From Perkinsela sp. CCAP 1560/9 (lineage: Eukaryota; Protista; Euglenozoa: Kinetoplastea), in the NCBI GenBank assembly GCA_965644495.1, contig CBFFSA010000050.1:1-55884 (forward strand): 55,884 nt of DNA, written 5' to 3'. The position numbers and the translations under genes are program-made. The notes under the pieces were generated by a model. It ran no database searches. It was not told the DNA's origin and worked only from the letters and a program-made list of their open reading frames with translations. Shown in pieces: positions 44,001 to 55,429 of this stretch. Numbering within the stretch: position 1 is the first letter of the stretch; each line of letters opens with the position of its first letter.

Positions 44001-45713
44001 ATGTTCCTTCTGTTCGCATTACTACGTGTTTTCATTGCGTGCAGTATAGCAACATCTTACGTACCAGATGAGTACTGGCAATCCATTGAAGTTGCCTACT
44101 TTGAAGTATATGGTAAAGGGGATCTTACTTGGGAATGGAAGACCGGCTTACGATCCTGCTTGCACGCCCAAATTTATAGTCTGTTATTTTATGTGATTCG
44201 AGGGCTTGGTATTGATACACCTACGGTAATGTTTCTTTCGCCACGCGTTTTGCAAGGCTTATTTTGCGCTTTGTTGGATGTTGCGGTAATAAAACTAACA
44301 TCTGAATTGGCACGCCTAGAATGCCGGGATGCAGAGCACATTCACTCAATCAAAAAAGTTAAAGTAGCAAAAACTCTTGCTCTTAAGTTACTGTTGTTTA
44401 CTTGGAGTCATCCATTTCACGGTTGCCGAACTTTGGTGAATTCCATAGAGGCCTTATTAACCACTTGGGCGGCAATTTTTTGTACCAAAATTTCTTTCAA
44501 CGTTCGTCAGCATACAATTAAAAGTGCCATGTACATTCAGAAAGACTCTGCTTTTCTTCATTTCATCGTCACCGTAGGAATTGCCACTGCACTCCGAGTA
44601 ACGAGTATCCTGTACTGGATCCCTGTAATTTGCTTATATACGTTATCCTCCAAAGCTCGTGCCATCCGTACCTTTGTTATTGGTCTTGTTTGCCTCGCAG
44701 TACTCACCGTGTTAGACTCTCTGTTTTACGGTGAGCTCACGTGCACTCCCCTCCAATTTCTTCTTTTTAATGTGTTCCAAGGTCAATCGGCTATATTCGG
44801 CACCCACCCTTTTACATGGTACCTCACACACGGCCTGTTTATACTTCTGGGCCCCTTGTATCCGATTTTACTGCAAAGTGTTGTGGTTGGTTTATCAGAA
44901 GGACAGCGGTTGCAATCCAAGAAAGCGATTTTATCGTTGTCCGTGTTATGGACGATCTTAGCCTATTCCTTGCTTCCTCACAAGGAGGTTCGCTTTCTGT
45001 ACCCAATTCTTCCGATTGCTATTAGTCTTTGTTCCATCTCGCTTATGGAATACGGTGAAAAAGGTAAACCATGGATACCGAAATGTATTCACCGAGGCGC
45101 TCTTCCCCTCTATGTCATATTGAACTTGGGACTCTTTGTTACACTGGGTTATTTACATCAGAGAGGAAACCTTGCAGCCTTTACATACCTACGAGGATTA
45201 CCTGAAACCATGAGGGGGGCGCAAAACGGCAAAGAGAGGCTTTCTCTTGACATATGGATGGGATGTCATCAAACTCCGGGATATTCCCATCTTCATGGTA
45301 AGATCCACACTTTGAATACGATACAGTGTCCGCTGTATCTCTCGGAAAATGGGAAGGAGAAACCTCCTACCCCACACGCAATATTTATGAAATACCCAAG
45401 AGAGTTCTTGTTGTGGAATTACGCTAATATTAGTTCAAACGATGAACACATACAACAGCAGCTCCAATTGGTCCGATTGAGAGAAAATCGTACCGCAACG
45501 TTTCCAGATTTTGTACTTCTTTATGATGATTTGAGCATGAAAATGATGGATTTTCTGCACGACAATAAATATGTCGAGGTTGGACGTTGGTTTCATACCT
45601 TTTTTCCATTTGAGGAGTCAACAGGGCATTATAGCGTATTATACCGGAAAAAATTGAACAAGGAGACCCTGGAACGTTCAGCGACGAATCGCATTCTAAA
45701 CTTGACTTTATGA
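44001..45713 (+). CDS. PIGB: GPI mannosyltransferase 3 (PIG-B/GPI10, GT22)
   Basis: SYVPDEYWQSIEVA, LTWEW..GLRS, RTLVNSIE, FGTHPFTWY, PHKEVRFLYP, HQRG, CHQTPGYSHLH. Confidence 0.95.
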   Translation: MFLLFALLRVFIACSIATSYVPDEYWQSIEVAYFEVYGKGDLTWEWKTGLRSCLHAQIYSLLFYVIRGLGIDTPTVMFLSPRVLQGLFCALLDVAVIKLTSELARLECRDAEHIHSIKKVKVAKTLALKLLLFTWSHPFHGCRTLVNSIEALLTTWAAIFCTKISFNVRQHTIKSAMYIQKDSAFLHFIVTVGIATALRVTSILYWIPVICLYTLSSKARAIRTFVIGLVCLAVLTVLDSLFYGELTCTPLQFLLFNVFQGQSAIFGTHPFTWYLTHGLFILLGPLYPILLQSVVVGLSEGQRLQSKKAILSLSVLWTILAYSLLPHKEVRFLYPILPIAISLCSISLMEYGEKGKPWIPKCIHRGALPLYVILNLGLFVTLGYLHQRGNLAAFTYLRGLPETMRGAQNGKERLSLDIWMGCHQTPGYSHLHGKIHTLNTIQCPLYLSENGKEKPPTPHAIFMKYPREFLLWNYANISSNDEHIQQQLQLVRLRENRTATFPDFVLLYDDLSMKMMDFLHDNKYVEVGRWFHTFFPFEESTGHYSVLYRKKLNKETLERSATNRILNLTL

Positions 45714-45902
45714 AATGAATCTACACCCGCCGGGAAAATCAAAATAATAAGAATTTACGTACATGGAGAGCTTTGCAAAACAATATTTTTTGCAAAACTT
45801 TTGGACTTTATATTTCCTACCATTCTACTGTAAAGCAAGGTTCAGAAACTTATGATGCAGCCGTATTTTTGAGCCCCTTGTGGGATTCTGCTCCGAAATC
45901 TA

Positions 45903-46892
45903 ATGACTGGTGAATCGAACTTCCTCTATGTGTCGTGGTGCGCATTTTTTGCCGTTGCTTTAGCCCTCCTTCTGTGCTATTACCACAAATCATCCTTCCT
46001 TCGTGATTTACCTCACTACTTTTACGCGGCACACTATTTTACAAACTGTCGTGAATTTGCCCCCATTGAAGACATCAAACTTCGCATGCGGTCGCCGCGA
46101 GGAAACCGCCGCCGAACGGTAACGATTGTCTTCATACGCCATGGTGAATCGATCTGGAACAGCTGCTTTGACCGGATTCATCCCGTATCCTTATTTCGAG
46201 CCTTCCGATTCGCCTGTCAAGAATCGGCACGCATTATCCTCTCCGTCATCCCTCGCGCCTTTTTAGACAGCCCGCTGAGTGCGCACGGACGACAACAAGC
46301 CACAGCCGCGGGAGCCCAACTCGAGCATCTCGGGTTTCACCACTCCCACTCCTATTTACTTCTCTCCTCCAATCTACAGCGGGCGCTGGAGACCGCACAG
46401 TACAGTTTCACCGCGCTGAACCCAGTGAATCACCAGCCCATATGGATTCACTCCGATTTACAAGAAATCTCACGAAACATCGACACCTTCTCCACACTTC
46501 GTTTACCCCAACCCCACGCGACGAACCGTAAAGTGCTGGGGTTCGACCCTTTCGGATTTCTCTCCTACGCGGGGGGGTGGGACATGAAGTATCACGCCGG
46601 GAATAAGGGAATAGAGGAACCCGGGTGGGCCCGGGTCCGTCGATTCGCCTATTGGGCGCTCTCGTGTGACCAACCCCGTGAGGTGGTCTACATTGCGGGA
46701 CACTCCGCGTGGTTAAAAATGTTGCTACGTTTGTTTATTCCGTTAAAGGAGCAGAGAAAGGTGTGTTGGACGGAGAGGAAGCTCTCGAATGGAGGGGTGT
46801 TGGTGTTTGAACTTGTGTCCCAGGAAAAAGACGGTTCTGTGTGGATCCCACCACGGAGTGTTCGTGCGTGTTCCGTAGGACGTACAGAGTAA
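45903..46892 (+). CDS. Histidine phosphatase / phosphoglycerate mutase family protein with N-terminal TM segment
   Basis: FIRHGESIWN, DSPLSAHG..QA, SSNLQRALET, LQEISRN, AGHS, LSNGG. Confidence 0.88.
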   Translation: MTGESNFLYVSWCAFFAVALALLLCYYHKSSFLRDLPHYFYAAHYFTNCREFAPIEDIKLRMRSPRGNRRRTVTIVFIRHGESIWNSCFDRIHPVSLFRAFRFACQESARIILSVIPRAFLDSPLSAHGRQQATAAGAQLEHLGFHHSHSYLLLSSNLQRALETAQYSFTALNPVNHQPIWIHSDLQEISRNIDTFSTLRLPQPHATNRKVLGFDPFGFLSYAGGWDMKYHAGNKGIEEPGWARVRRFAYWALSCDQPREVVYIAGHSAWLKMLLRLFIPLKEQRKVCWTERKLSNGGVLVFELVSQEKDGSVWIPPRSVRACSVGRTE

Positions 46893-47554
46893 AAGTGTGG
46901 GGTCTGTATTTAGAAGTTCACATAGTCGATTCTTCAAATTTCTTATGTTGTCCTTGTACACTTGGGGGGCGTGTCCAATGAAACTATCTTACACCGCAAT
47001 ATGTCCCCGTACATGAACCAGAACGTTACGTAGTGATGAGTCTAGGACAGGCACACGAATTCAAAATCGAGTAGCTTGAGAAGGAAACTTCGCTCGTACC
47101 ATAATTAGGAGTATGTACTGAACTTTACGTACTCCTATTTTTGGAGATAGCATGGAAGTCGGGAGGAACGTTCTCTTTACTGGGAAAAGTAGTATGACAA
47201 AGAATGTCAAGCTTGTTGGAAGGAATCATAGCACCTTTTGGTCACAGAATTCATTAATCATCTGCTCTGTTTTTTTTGACTGCTCTGATCGTGTGGGGGC
47301 AGCATAAGGATACTGGTTTCGTTGCTCGTGAAAGAAAAATGTAGACATTTTTCCGCAACGAAAGCTGGTAGCTAGAAGATCACGAACTTAGCTGTGCTGG
47401 CCTCTCTTCATTGTCATTTTGTTACCCTTAGATTCTCTTCGTTTCTTTTCCTATGGACGGGATGCTACATCGTTCTAATTCCACGCGCAACTCGTGAATG
47501 GATGGATACGTTTTTTAGGAACTCACTTTATAAAAAATGTTTTAACAGCTACTG

Positions 47555-48232
47555 CTAACAGCTGCGCAAACTGACACGGTCATTAAAATCATCTACGTCA
47601 CTTCCGTAATACTCCCGGAAGCACGTGAATAGGTTCGCCGTATTGTGGAGTATGGAGAACACGTGAGGTGCAGAGTAGGTTTGTGGCGACTGCGTTTGAT
47701 TTTCCTCGGCGTGAAACAACGCTTGTGGATTTTGCGTGTGAGCCTGAATACGTGACGAAGTTTTTTCGGCACGGAGAGGTGATGATCTCGGCGAGCCGCT
47801 CTGCACCCGACAAGCTGGGGAGTTGGCTTGAAGAGACATCAGAGGAGACGGAGGGCTGATTTGAGGAGACACTGGAGGAGACGGGGGGTCGACTTGAGGA
47901 GAGCTTGAGGAGAGTGTCCGTGAACTTTCGGAAGCTCTAGGAAGCTCTGGTACCTGCACCAGAGTTTTCGCATAAGGGCGCGGAACTTGCCTCTGACACC
48001 TCCGGCGAACCGGCGCCCTGCCGCCCCCTGAACCCGACGAAACCGGGCGCATCGCCAGCTTCATAGCTTCGGTGGTCTGAACCGCCACGCGCTCCACCGC
48101 GCCTTCCAGGGTCGCCAGTCTCACCTCGTTGATTTGTACCCGGTCTAAATGCTCCTCCACTTTCTTCATCATCAAGGTGTTTTCAGAAAGCTGCTGGGTG
48201 AGGGTGGCGTTAGGGGTCTGACCTTCGGACAT
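47555..48232 (-). other. Chimeric TE-derived ORF (coiled coil + Ser/Pro tract + Merlin C-terminal fragment)
   Basis: ~47593-47640 matches ~8509-8557 (TANLFTCFREYYGSDV); rest unrecognised. Confidence 0.45.
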
Positions 48233-48333
48233 GAAATGTTCGATTTTTGTTGTAAGTTTCCTGGAAAGATATTCCGTAAATAATATTCTATTCCCAGAGA
48301 AACACCAACAGAAATACCTGATTTTTTATACTA

Positions 48334-49277
48334 AAGGGGGGGGGTACATCTATTGTTATAAAATCACCCATTGTTGGTAATCGGTTATTGTTGAGATTTA
48401 ATTGATTTTGATTTTTTTGACTCATGTTCGATGTTCATGCGCTCGTTGGCGCAGAGATACAGCCCTTGATACGACAGCCGATATCATCGGCACAATCTGT
48501 AATGACGGATGTCGCACCAAGGGGATTAGCACGGACTCTGTCGGTAGAGGGGGCCCAGGCAACTCGCCCTCTCTTTACGCAGCCGGAGGGGCGCACTGCT
48601 ACCGACCGCTGCCTCGCGATAAGACGAGGCAGAGCCACGCCCAGTGGTGCTCAAGGGAGGCAAACATGGTGCATGGCTCCCCGGGAAGGAAAGGGCGCGA
48701 AAGGAAGAAATCCGGGGAGGGAAGTAAGCTCACTCAAAGAGTGAGCCGGGGAGGGGTGATGGGGTGGAAGCGCGTCCCCTGCTTCGACGAGAAAGAGGGA
48801 CAGTTTCGGCCTTAGTGCCAGCCGGCAACGGGCATATAAACAGTAAGACTATGCCCGTTGCCGGGGAAAGAAAAGATGAACTAAAGGAAAATGTACCAAC
48901 AAGGTACAGAAACTGTATCTTGTATACAGTTGGTTGTATGTATGACGGATAAACTCCGTCATACATACGGAATCTGCGAAGGTCAAAATTTCCACTTTTT
49001 TCGTAAATTTTCGAAAATTTCCTCTTTTTCGAGGATAGGTAATTGTATACTCGTGTATGTGAGGGGGGGCGACGGTAGTGTAAGTGATAAAAGTAGTTGA
49101 TAGATGAGTGATAAAAGTAGTTGATAGATGAGTGATAAAAGTTGCCTTGATAGCCAACAATAGATGATTTTATTGCCGTTCCATCTATTGTTGGTTAAGG
49201 GGGGTATTGTATCATCTATTGTTGGCAATCGGCTATTTTTGGCAAAAAAGTTGCCAACAATAGACGAGCCCCCCCTT
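48334..49277. mobile_element. TA-flanked AAGGGGGG-terminated non-autonomous element
   Basis: TA|AAGGGGGGGGG...TCTATTGTT and AACAATAGACGAGCCCCCCCTT|TA; related to 19479-20061. Confidence 0.65.
48435..48917 (+). mobile_element. Second full copy of the structured non-coding element
   Basis: Starts TCATGCGCTCGTTGGCGCAGAGATAC, ends ATGTACCAACAAGGTACAGAAACTGTA; same hairpin series. Confidence 0.75.
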
Positions 49278-51052
49278 TATAAAAAATTCTTTTGTATAGA
49301 AAATATCTTTTTCATAGCTGGTACGGGCTCCATGCGCAGCGAACGTCACTTCCTACGTCACTTCCGTAATACTCCCGGAAGCACGTGAAAAGGTTTGCCG
49401 TGCGAACTTGCCACGCGGTCTCTCGCCCGTTGTGGACGTCCCCCAGTTGAAGGGCCACGTTTCGCATGAATTCCAAGGGCGTGGCACCAAGATTGTAGTG
49501 CTGCTTCCGTACCCGGTCCTTGATGATGCGATGCGACTCTTCAGCGGTGTTCGTGTGGTACCCTTGGGAGTTCACAAACTCCACTCTGTGATTCACCCAG
49601 AGTAGTGTACGCCCCCCAACAGTCCCTGACCACGGACCTCGCACTTGTCAAGTGCGGAAGAATAAAGTTGTGAAGAGTTTCCGAATCTCTTCGGTTCACT
49701 AGCTTCCAATGGTTTCTTCCCATTTCTTGACCTCGGATCTCGGTCACTGTCACAAACCACCGCCCCAGTTTGCGCTGTCGCCTCTCCCGCTGATATTTAC
49801 ATTTTACTATAATTTATAGGTCCGTTATAATAAAGGTTTCATCAACCTGAATTCGGTAAAATTCATAGTGTTCCATCTGCACTTGAGCAAGGGCTGCGTC
49901 CGCCTCCTGCACAGTTCTGCGACCCACCCATCTATTGTGGCAAATCTGGCCGGTGCACGTCTGATTCGCGATGTCGGTTCAGATAGGTAGCAGAATGCTG
50001 GGAGTCAGATGGCTGCGCATCGATATGTACGGCTCGAACTTGCCTTTCTTAATTCTGCAGGCATTTCGAGAGCCAGACTCTCGGTGGTTGAAAATCTGGA
50101 TACTGTATGAGATTTCCCAGGAACGAATGCTATAATGGCCTTTGGCATCGCCATACAGCGTGGCAACGTCCAGATCATTTCGGTCGCCACGTTTCAATGG
50201 CGGCAAACGGGTATCTTATAGGGAGTAATTATTCATAAATAACATTACTTTATTATTACTGTCCCCCCTCTCCTTAAGCGCACCCGATCAGACCCCCCCG
50301 TTTAAGCGCACATAGAGTTGAAGGAAAGATCCCGGCGCCGCGAAGCGGCGCCAAATGTTTTTTTACGGAGTGATTCAGACCTCCCCGTTTAAGCGCACTT
50401 TTCGCGGAAAACGAGGTGCGCTTAAACGGGGGGGGACATTTGAAAATGTGGAATAAAATGTCTTAAAATGTGGATTAAAAAGCATTGAAAAAGTTATTTA
50501 GTATGAAATAACCCCCTTTACACTTTCGTAACTCTTCTAACCGTTTTGGGAGGCTCTTCAGAGTCTTCTCTAGGATATCCCGCTTTTCGGTTAGGAGATA
50601 TTCAATAGCCTTGGGTATGGCCTCTCGCAAGTCATGCGTATTTTTCGGACGCAAAGAACTATGAATGTAGTCATCCATGATTGACCACAAGTTTTCTATC
50701 AAGTTTAAGTCAGGTGACTTAAGGCCAATCAATAGTGAGGGCCAATCAATAATGTTTGGGCCTGCTTGCAATCCCGCACGACGGGCTTGCCCATGACCCG
50801 GTGCAATAAAAGAGAATTGTATCCTTTAGTGGACAATATTAACGGGATTGGCACAATTTTTACATAAATTTGCATATTTTTTGAAGATGTTTTTTATTTT
50901 TTTTATACTATTTTTTACAAGTATGTTTAAATAGGCGCAAAATGTCGTTCCGATCATATTCGCGTCGAGATCTCTCTTTTGCAACAGAAATCAGGTGAAA
51001 CGGACCCATGGCCCAAAAATGGGAGGTGTCCCGATATTGGTTATCCCCCCTG
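49114..51052 (+). repeat. Near-identical duplicate of 8271-10805 (Merlin + RLE + MITE + Tc1 cassette), lacking ~650 bp of the Tc1 interior
   Basis: Collinear sequence with scattered substitutions; ends exactly at the Tc1 TIR (CCCCTG|TA). Confidence 0.95.
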
Positions 51053-51315
51053 TATACCTTATTTTATATTTGCTTTTTTTGTAGTAAGTATACAGATAAA
51101 AATTTAAGCTTCCTTTTTAAGGAAGAATGAGAGTGAGAAAGCAGAAAGTCAGAATTCAGAGAAAAAAATAAATCAATTCAGAATGAAAATATGTTACATC
51201 TAACGCGTTTTTAACGCCCCAAGAAAGAATTCATTCAAAAACAAAACAAAAAAAAGTCAAAAAGCGGTCAAAAACACTTTCGATGAAGCCTCATCAAAGG
51301 TCCCCCTAGCCAATC

Positions 51316-51443
51316 CTTTCCCCACCTCCCTTAGCAATTGTATTTACTGTATGAGAATAAATTCAAGGGTAAGAGAAGGCTTTTTCCCCACCTCCCTTGG
51401 CAATTGTATTTACTATATGAGAATAAATTCAAGGGTAAGAGAA
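51316..51443. repeat. ~65-bp tandem duplication
   Basis: TTTCCCCACCTCCCTT(A/G)GCAATTGTATTTACT(G/A)TATGAGAATAAATTCAAGGGTAAGAGAAG twice. Confidence 0.85.
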
Positions 51444-51474
51444 GTCTTTTTACTGAATTATTTGCTATTACGTG

Positions 51475-51864
51475 ATGCCTCGTGTTCGATGGGCGACTTT
51501 TTTGGCAAAATACGTTCTAAATCCACTCATACGGTATCACCAGAGATACGCCCATCGGAAAGCTTCCTTAGATATTTATCTTGAACAGAGATCTATGAGG
51601 GTGAACATTCTGATTGGTGTTACCTTTGGCTCGGTGCTCTATTTCTGTTCCTTGCCTATGCGCAGTTTTGCGGTGGATAGAACAATCCCGCAGCTTAGGG
51701 AGGACACCCGTGAGCTCTATGGGTTACTTCGACCAAACCGAGCAAAAGGACAGATCGAAATCCCGGATAGATGGTACCAAACCAAGCAAGACGAGATTAT
51801 AGCGTCATTATACCAAATCAGAGACGAGGCCCAGGTAAGAAAATTGCTGCAAGGGGAAGGTTGA
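51475..51864 (+). CDS. Hypothetical single-TM protein, possibly mitochondrial
   Basis: 129-aa ORF on the host strand; basic N-terminus and one hydrophobic segment. Confidence 0.6.
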   Translation: MPRVRWATFLAKYVLNPLIRYHQRYAHRKASLDIYLEQRSMRVNILIGVTFGSVLYFCSLPMRSFAVDRTIPQLREDTRELYGLLRPNRAKGQIEIPDRWYQTKQDEIIASLYQIRDEAQVRKLLQGEG

Positions 51865-52577
51865 AGAATTTCTGATTTAGTGCGGTTAGGTAATGTCCAT
51901 ATCTGCATTTTACGCTCGTATAAAAACTCCACTTCTTAGTGAAGTAACGAAACACATCATTTACACAAATAGGAAGTATTCCGATCCCTTTGTCACCCAT
52001 CTTACTCACCGCTAATATTTTGGTATTCATCCAATTATGGTGGGAATCGTCAATTCTGGTGTTCATCTTCTTGAATCCACCGAAATGAGTGAGATACAAA
52101 AAGGGTGGCTGTTGATGTACGCACTCGCACTGTACGGTCTCATGAATACAAAGCTGGTGCGACACTCTCTCGTCGAAATCGTAGTGCACCCACTATGCTT
52201 GGGATGAAAATTCTACACTTTAGTACAGTATGGAGATTGACTCTATTCCAAAAAACTCTATTCTCTAAACTCTATTCTCCAAAAAACGCAGCTATTCAAC
52301 GCATCAAACCGTGTTCCTTAGTAGAATTTTGCGCCAGAAATCAAATTTTGGTGCATACAGTGACAGAAATCAAATTTTGGTGTATGATTCCTTTTAATTT
52401 TCGTTCTACTACTTTTTGACGGTTTTGTATAAAAGGATAACCGCTCTACATGCACAAATACAATGTGCAATGACAATACACTTCATAAATATAAACACAA
52501 CATGTGTCGGAACAGAGTCCCGATTTTGGCCAATGCTGTGACTCGTAAGTCTTATTACAGCCGCGGAAAACCCACCA

Positions 52578-54560
52578 ATGCTCACTAGATTGCAAGCTCG
52601 TGCGGCATACCGCGGACATCTCCAACGCCGCATCACTTCTCCCAAACTGCAGCAATTTAGCACTTCGTCTTCTTCCCGTAGTCTACCATCTTGGAAAACA
52701 ACTGTCTCAAAAGGCTCGGGGCGAAAAACTCAGGTAGACACTTTAACAAATGAGTTAGATATGTACAATGATGCGATGTTGATTTCAGCGAGAAGGAGTA
52801 GACACCGAATAGCTTCCCAAGATCATCGAGATCATGATTCCAGCGCACCGCGAAAGCAGGTTAACGTGTGCTGTAGGTCCAAGAAAGGCAAAGTTTATCG
52901 AAAGAAAATTTCGTCCTTTCTTATTTGGAATTTAGTACAGCGAATAACGCGGTATTCTTTTATTCTTACGTTAGCATTCATTACTAGATTTGATACAAAC
53001 TTAAAGAAGTGTTTTGCAATTCTAGTCCAAATAATTGAAAATAAACTGAGAGTACCTTGTGGAAATCGGAACGAATTTAGGCGCAAATCTTCGAACTTGA
53101 ATAATAAATCGTCGGATGCTGCAGTAGTGGAGCCACAAGAAGTGTGTGCAACGGATTACACATGCACCGGTTCATTTGTGAAGTCAAACGGTCCTCAGGA
53201 TCATCAACCGAACCTCAAAAAAGCAACGATCTACCTGGAAACAACGGTATTGAAGCATTCTGAAGCACGTGCTACCCGATTCCAAAATAGTATAGTATCA
53301 AAAGACATTACACCAGTATGTAGCGATACTTCTGCGAAGATTGAGACGTTGTCGCGCCAGGACGATGAAGCATCTATTCCTTCACCCATTTTACAAAACA
53401 GAACTGAGTGTGTGGAGCCTTCACGTTGTTCCTGGAAGACAGAAAAAGGGAAAAATCGAGATGAAGATGCTTCTCACAACAAAAATTATTCTGTTCAAGA
53501 AAGTGCTGCGCCTAATTCGACTAGGATGACTTTAAAAGAAAGTGTGAAGACGGAGTCTGAGATATCAAACAGATTGCCTGAAAAATGTTCTTCAGACAAG
53601 ACTGCGATGAAATCATGTAGTGAAAGTTCAGCACCAGAACTCCCCAAGATTACTTTGGGCCAGGATGGCGCGAAGAAACCCTTGCTGCGTGCTTGTGACG
53701 TGCAGAAAACTAACGCTGTTCCTTCAATCACGGAAAAAACGAACGATGCGAAATTGAAGCCCGTATCTAAAATTTCAGTTGCAATCTCCCCAAACTCTGC
53801 CTTATTCGCTGACCTAAAAATTAAAACTGGTAAGATATCACAAAGTGAGAATTACCCAGAAAATACAAGCTCCGCATTTGCACGTGCATCATCGCATTCG
53901 AAGCTTGCGAAAGAGGAAACAGAGATCAGAGGCAGCATCAATTTTAACAAAAATAAAGTTTTAACGCATAGTGGTAGTGAAGTTTTATCCCGAGTTACGT
54001 CTACAGCGGTATTCGATTCAGATCGTAGATCTTGTCAACCATGTTCTGCGCCCCATACGTCCCGGTCAGATGCTTCAGTCCGTGTTCTGTCTAGCTCTCC
54101 TGCAATGGGTCCTGAGAGGAAAGAACAAGGCTTGAAATATAACCAATTTCGTACCTCCACTTCTTATTCGTCCAAACGTAGGCTCTCAAATCATAGAAAA
54201 ATAGATTCTCCTGCACTGACTTTATCGCCAGATCTACTGAAACCAGTTCGAATTTTACCATCTGTTTCTTCCTCTGAAGACTCTCAGCCTGTAGAGTCGA
54301 GTAAAAGTTCCCAGAATCGCATGGAAATCCAAGACAATCAATACGAAAAATTATCAGGGGATTCCAAGACTCAACCCAATGACGTGCAAAGGGATTCTCC
54401 CCAAGCGAAAGCAAACGACTCGCGCAGTGATTTCACTAATTTCAAACATGGCTGGCGCAAACGGCCGTACATTTCACAAAACCCGATCAGGAATGCCCAA
54501 TTCAAGAAGAAAGACAGTTATTCGTATAACAGGAGAACACAACGTCTTGGTAGCTATTGA
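52578..54560 (+). CDS. Hypothetical low-complexity protein with N-terminal IQ-like motif
   Basis: 660-aa ORF; LTRLQARAAYRGHLQRR resembles IQxxxRGxxxR; rest Ser/Lys-rich, probably disordered. Confidence 0.65.
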   Translation: MLTRLQARAAYRGHLQRRITSPKLQQFSTSSSSRSLPSWKTTVSKGSGRKTQVDTLTNELDMYNDAMLISARRSRHRIASQDHRDHDSSAPRKQVNVCCRSKKGKVYRKKISSFLIWNLVQRITRYSFILTLAFITRFDTNLKKCFAILVQIIENKLRVPCGNRNEFRRKSSNLNNKSSDAAVVEPQEVCATDYTCTGSFVKSNGPQDHQPNLKKATIYLETTVLKHSEARATRFQNSIVSKDITPVCSDTSAKIETLSRQDDEASIPSPILQNRTECVEPSRCSWKTEKGKNRDEDASHNKNYSVQESAAPNSTRMTLKESVKTESEISNRLPEKCSSDKTAMKSCSESSAPELPKITLGQDGAKKPLLRACDVQKTNAVPSITEKTNDAKLKPVSKISVAISPNSALFADLKIKTGKISQSENYPENTSSAFARASSHSKLAKEETEIRGSINFNKNKVLTHSGSEVLSRVTSTAVFDSDRRSCQPCSAPHTSRSDASVRVLSSSPAMGPERKEQGLKYNQFRTSTSYSSKRRLSNHRKIDSPALTLSPDLLKPVRILPSVSSSEDSQPVESSKSSQNRMEIQDNQYEKLSGDSKTQPNDVQRDSPQAKANDSRSDFTNFKHGWRKRPYISQNPIRNAQFKKKDSYSYNRRTQRLGSY

Positions 54561-55429
54561 CTCACTAGCGCTAGGGGATCCCAAGACAGACAACCATTGT
54601 TTTTATGTCAAAGCCACTGCATTTTTAAAAAAGCTTTTAAAAGCTTTTTTTAAAACGTTTATGTCATAATTTTCGTCCGATAAATGCACGTATTATGATG
54701 TCACTTTCATAATGTAAATCTTGCACGTTATGTTCGTTTTGCAGTAAATCTTGCGCATAATGTTTCCTTTATTACATTTTTCTTGCCTTCATTCAGACCA
54801 TAATTTTTTGCTCACTATCTTTTTATTCCGTATTAACCAACGAGTAGTGCATTTTTTTAAAGATAGAGATCGTAGTGAAGTACTATTGGCTTCAGACTAC
54901 CAGGGACTTCTACAGCCCATGCATAATATAGGCTATATTATAGCCCATGTGTAATATAGCCTAACCCCGCTACTTGAATGTCCTTTTCTCGAAAAGTGGT
55001 GACAAATAAATATGAGGGTCACATTATTTTTGCCATGCTGGTTCACAAACAAAAGTTTAATTTGCTTTACTCAATACCGATTTAAATTATCATGAGAGAA
55101 AATCAGAGGTCGGGGAAGTCACCCGGAAAATGGAGACGCCGCCTCGATCCAAGCGTTTCTCAAAGTGACGTTAGCCGCAAAGAACACCCCCATGGCACAG
55201 AAACTTCAGAGAATCAAGCAATAGCCGAAACGAATCGAACGACACCTCGCGGGATTGCAAAAGTAGAAACAACACCGAGCTCGAAGCCAAGCTCATCGTT
55301 CCCAATTTCGGATACTTTGAAAAGTGATGAAGTACAGCCATTAGACGCTTCACATGTACCCACTGAAAATCCTTTATCATCTGAACGTCATTTCTCCACT
55401 GAGCGTGGAGACCACCTGCCCACTGGAAG

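Noticed and set aside
48437-48470. tRNA or tRNA-derived SINE head (GCTCGTTGGCGCAG)
   Set aside because: Only a partial A-box resemblance; no B-box, cloverleaf or poly(A) tail
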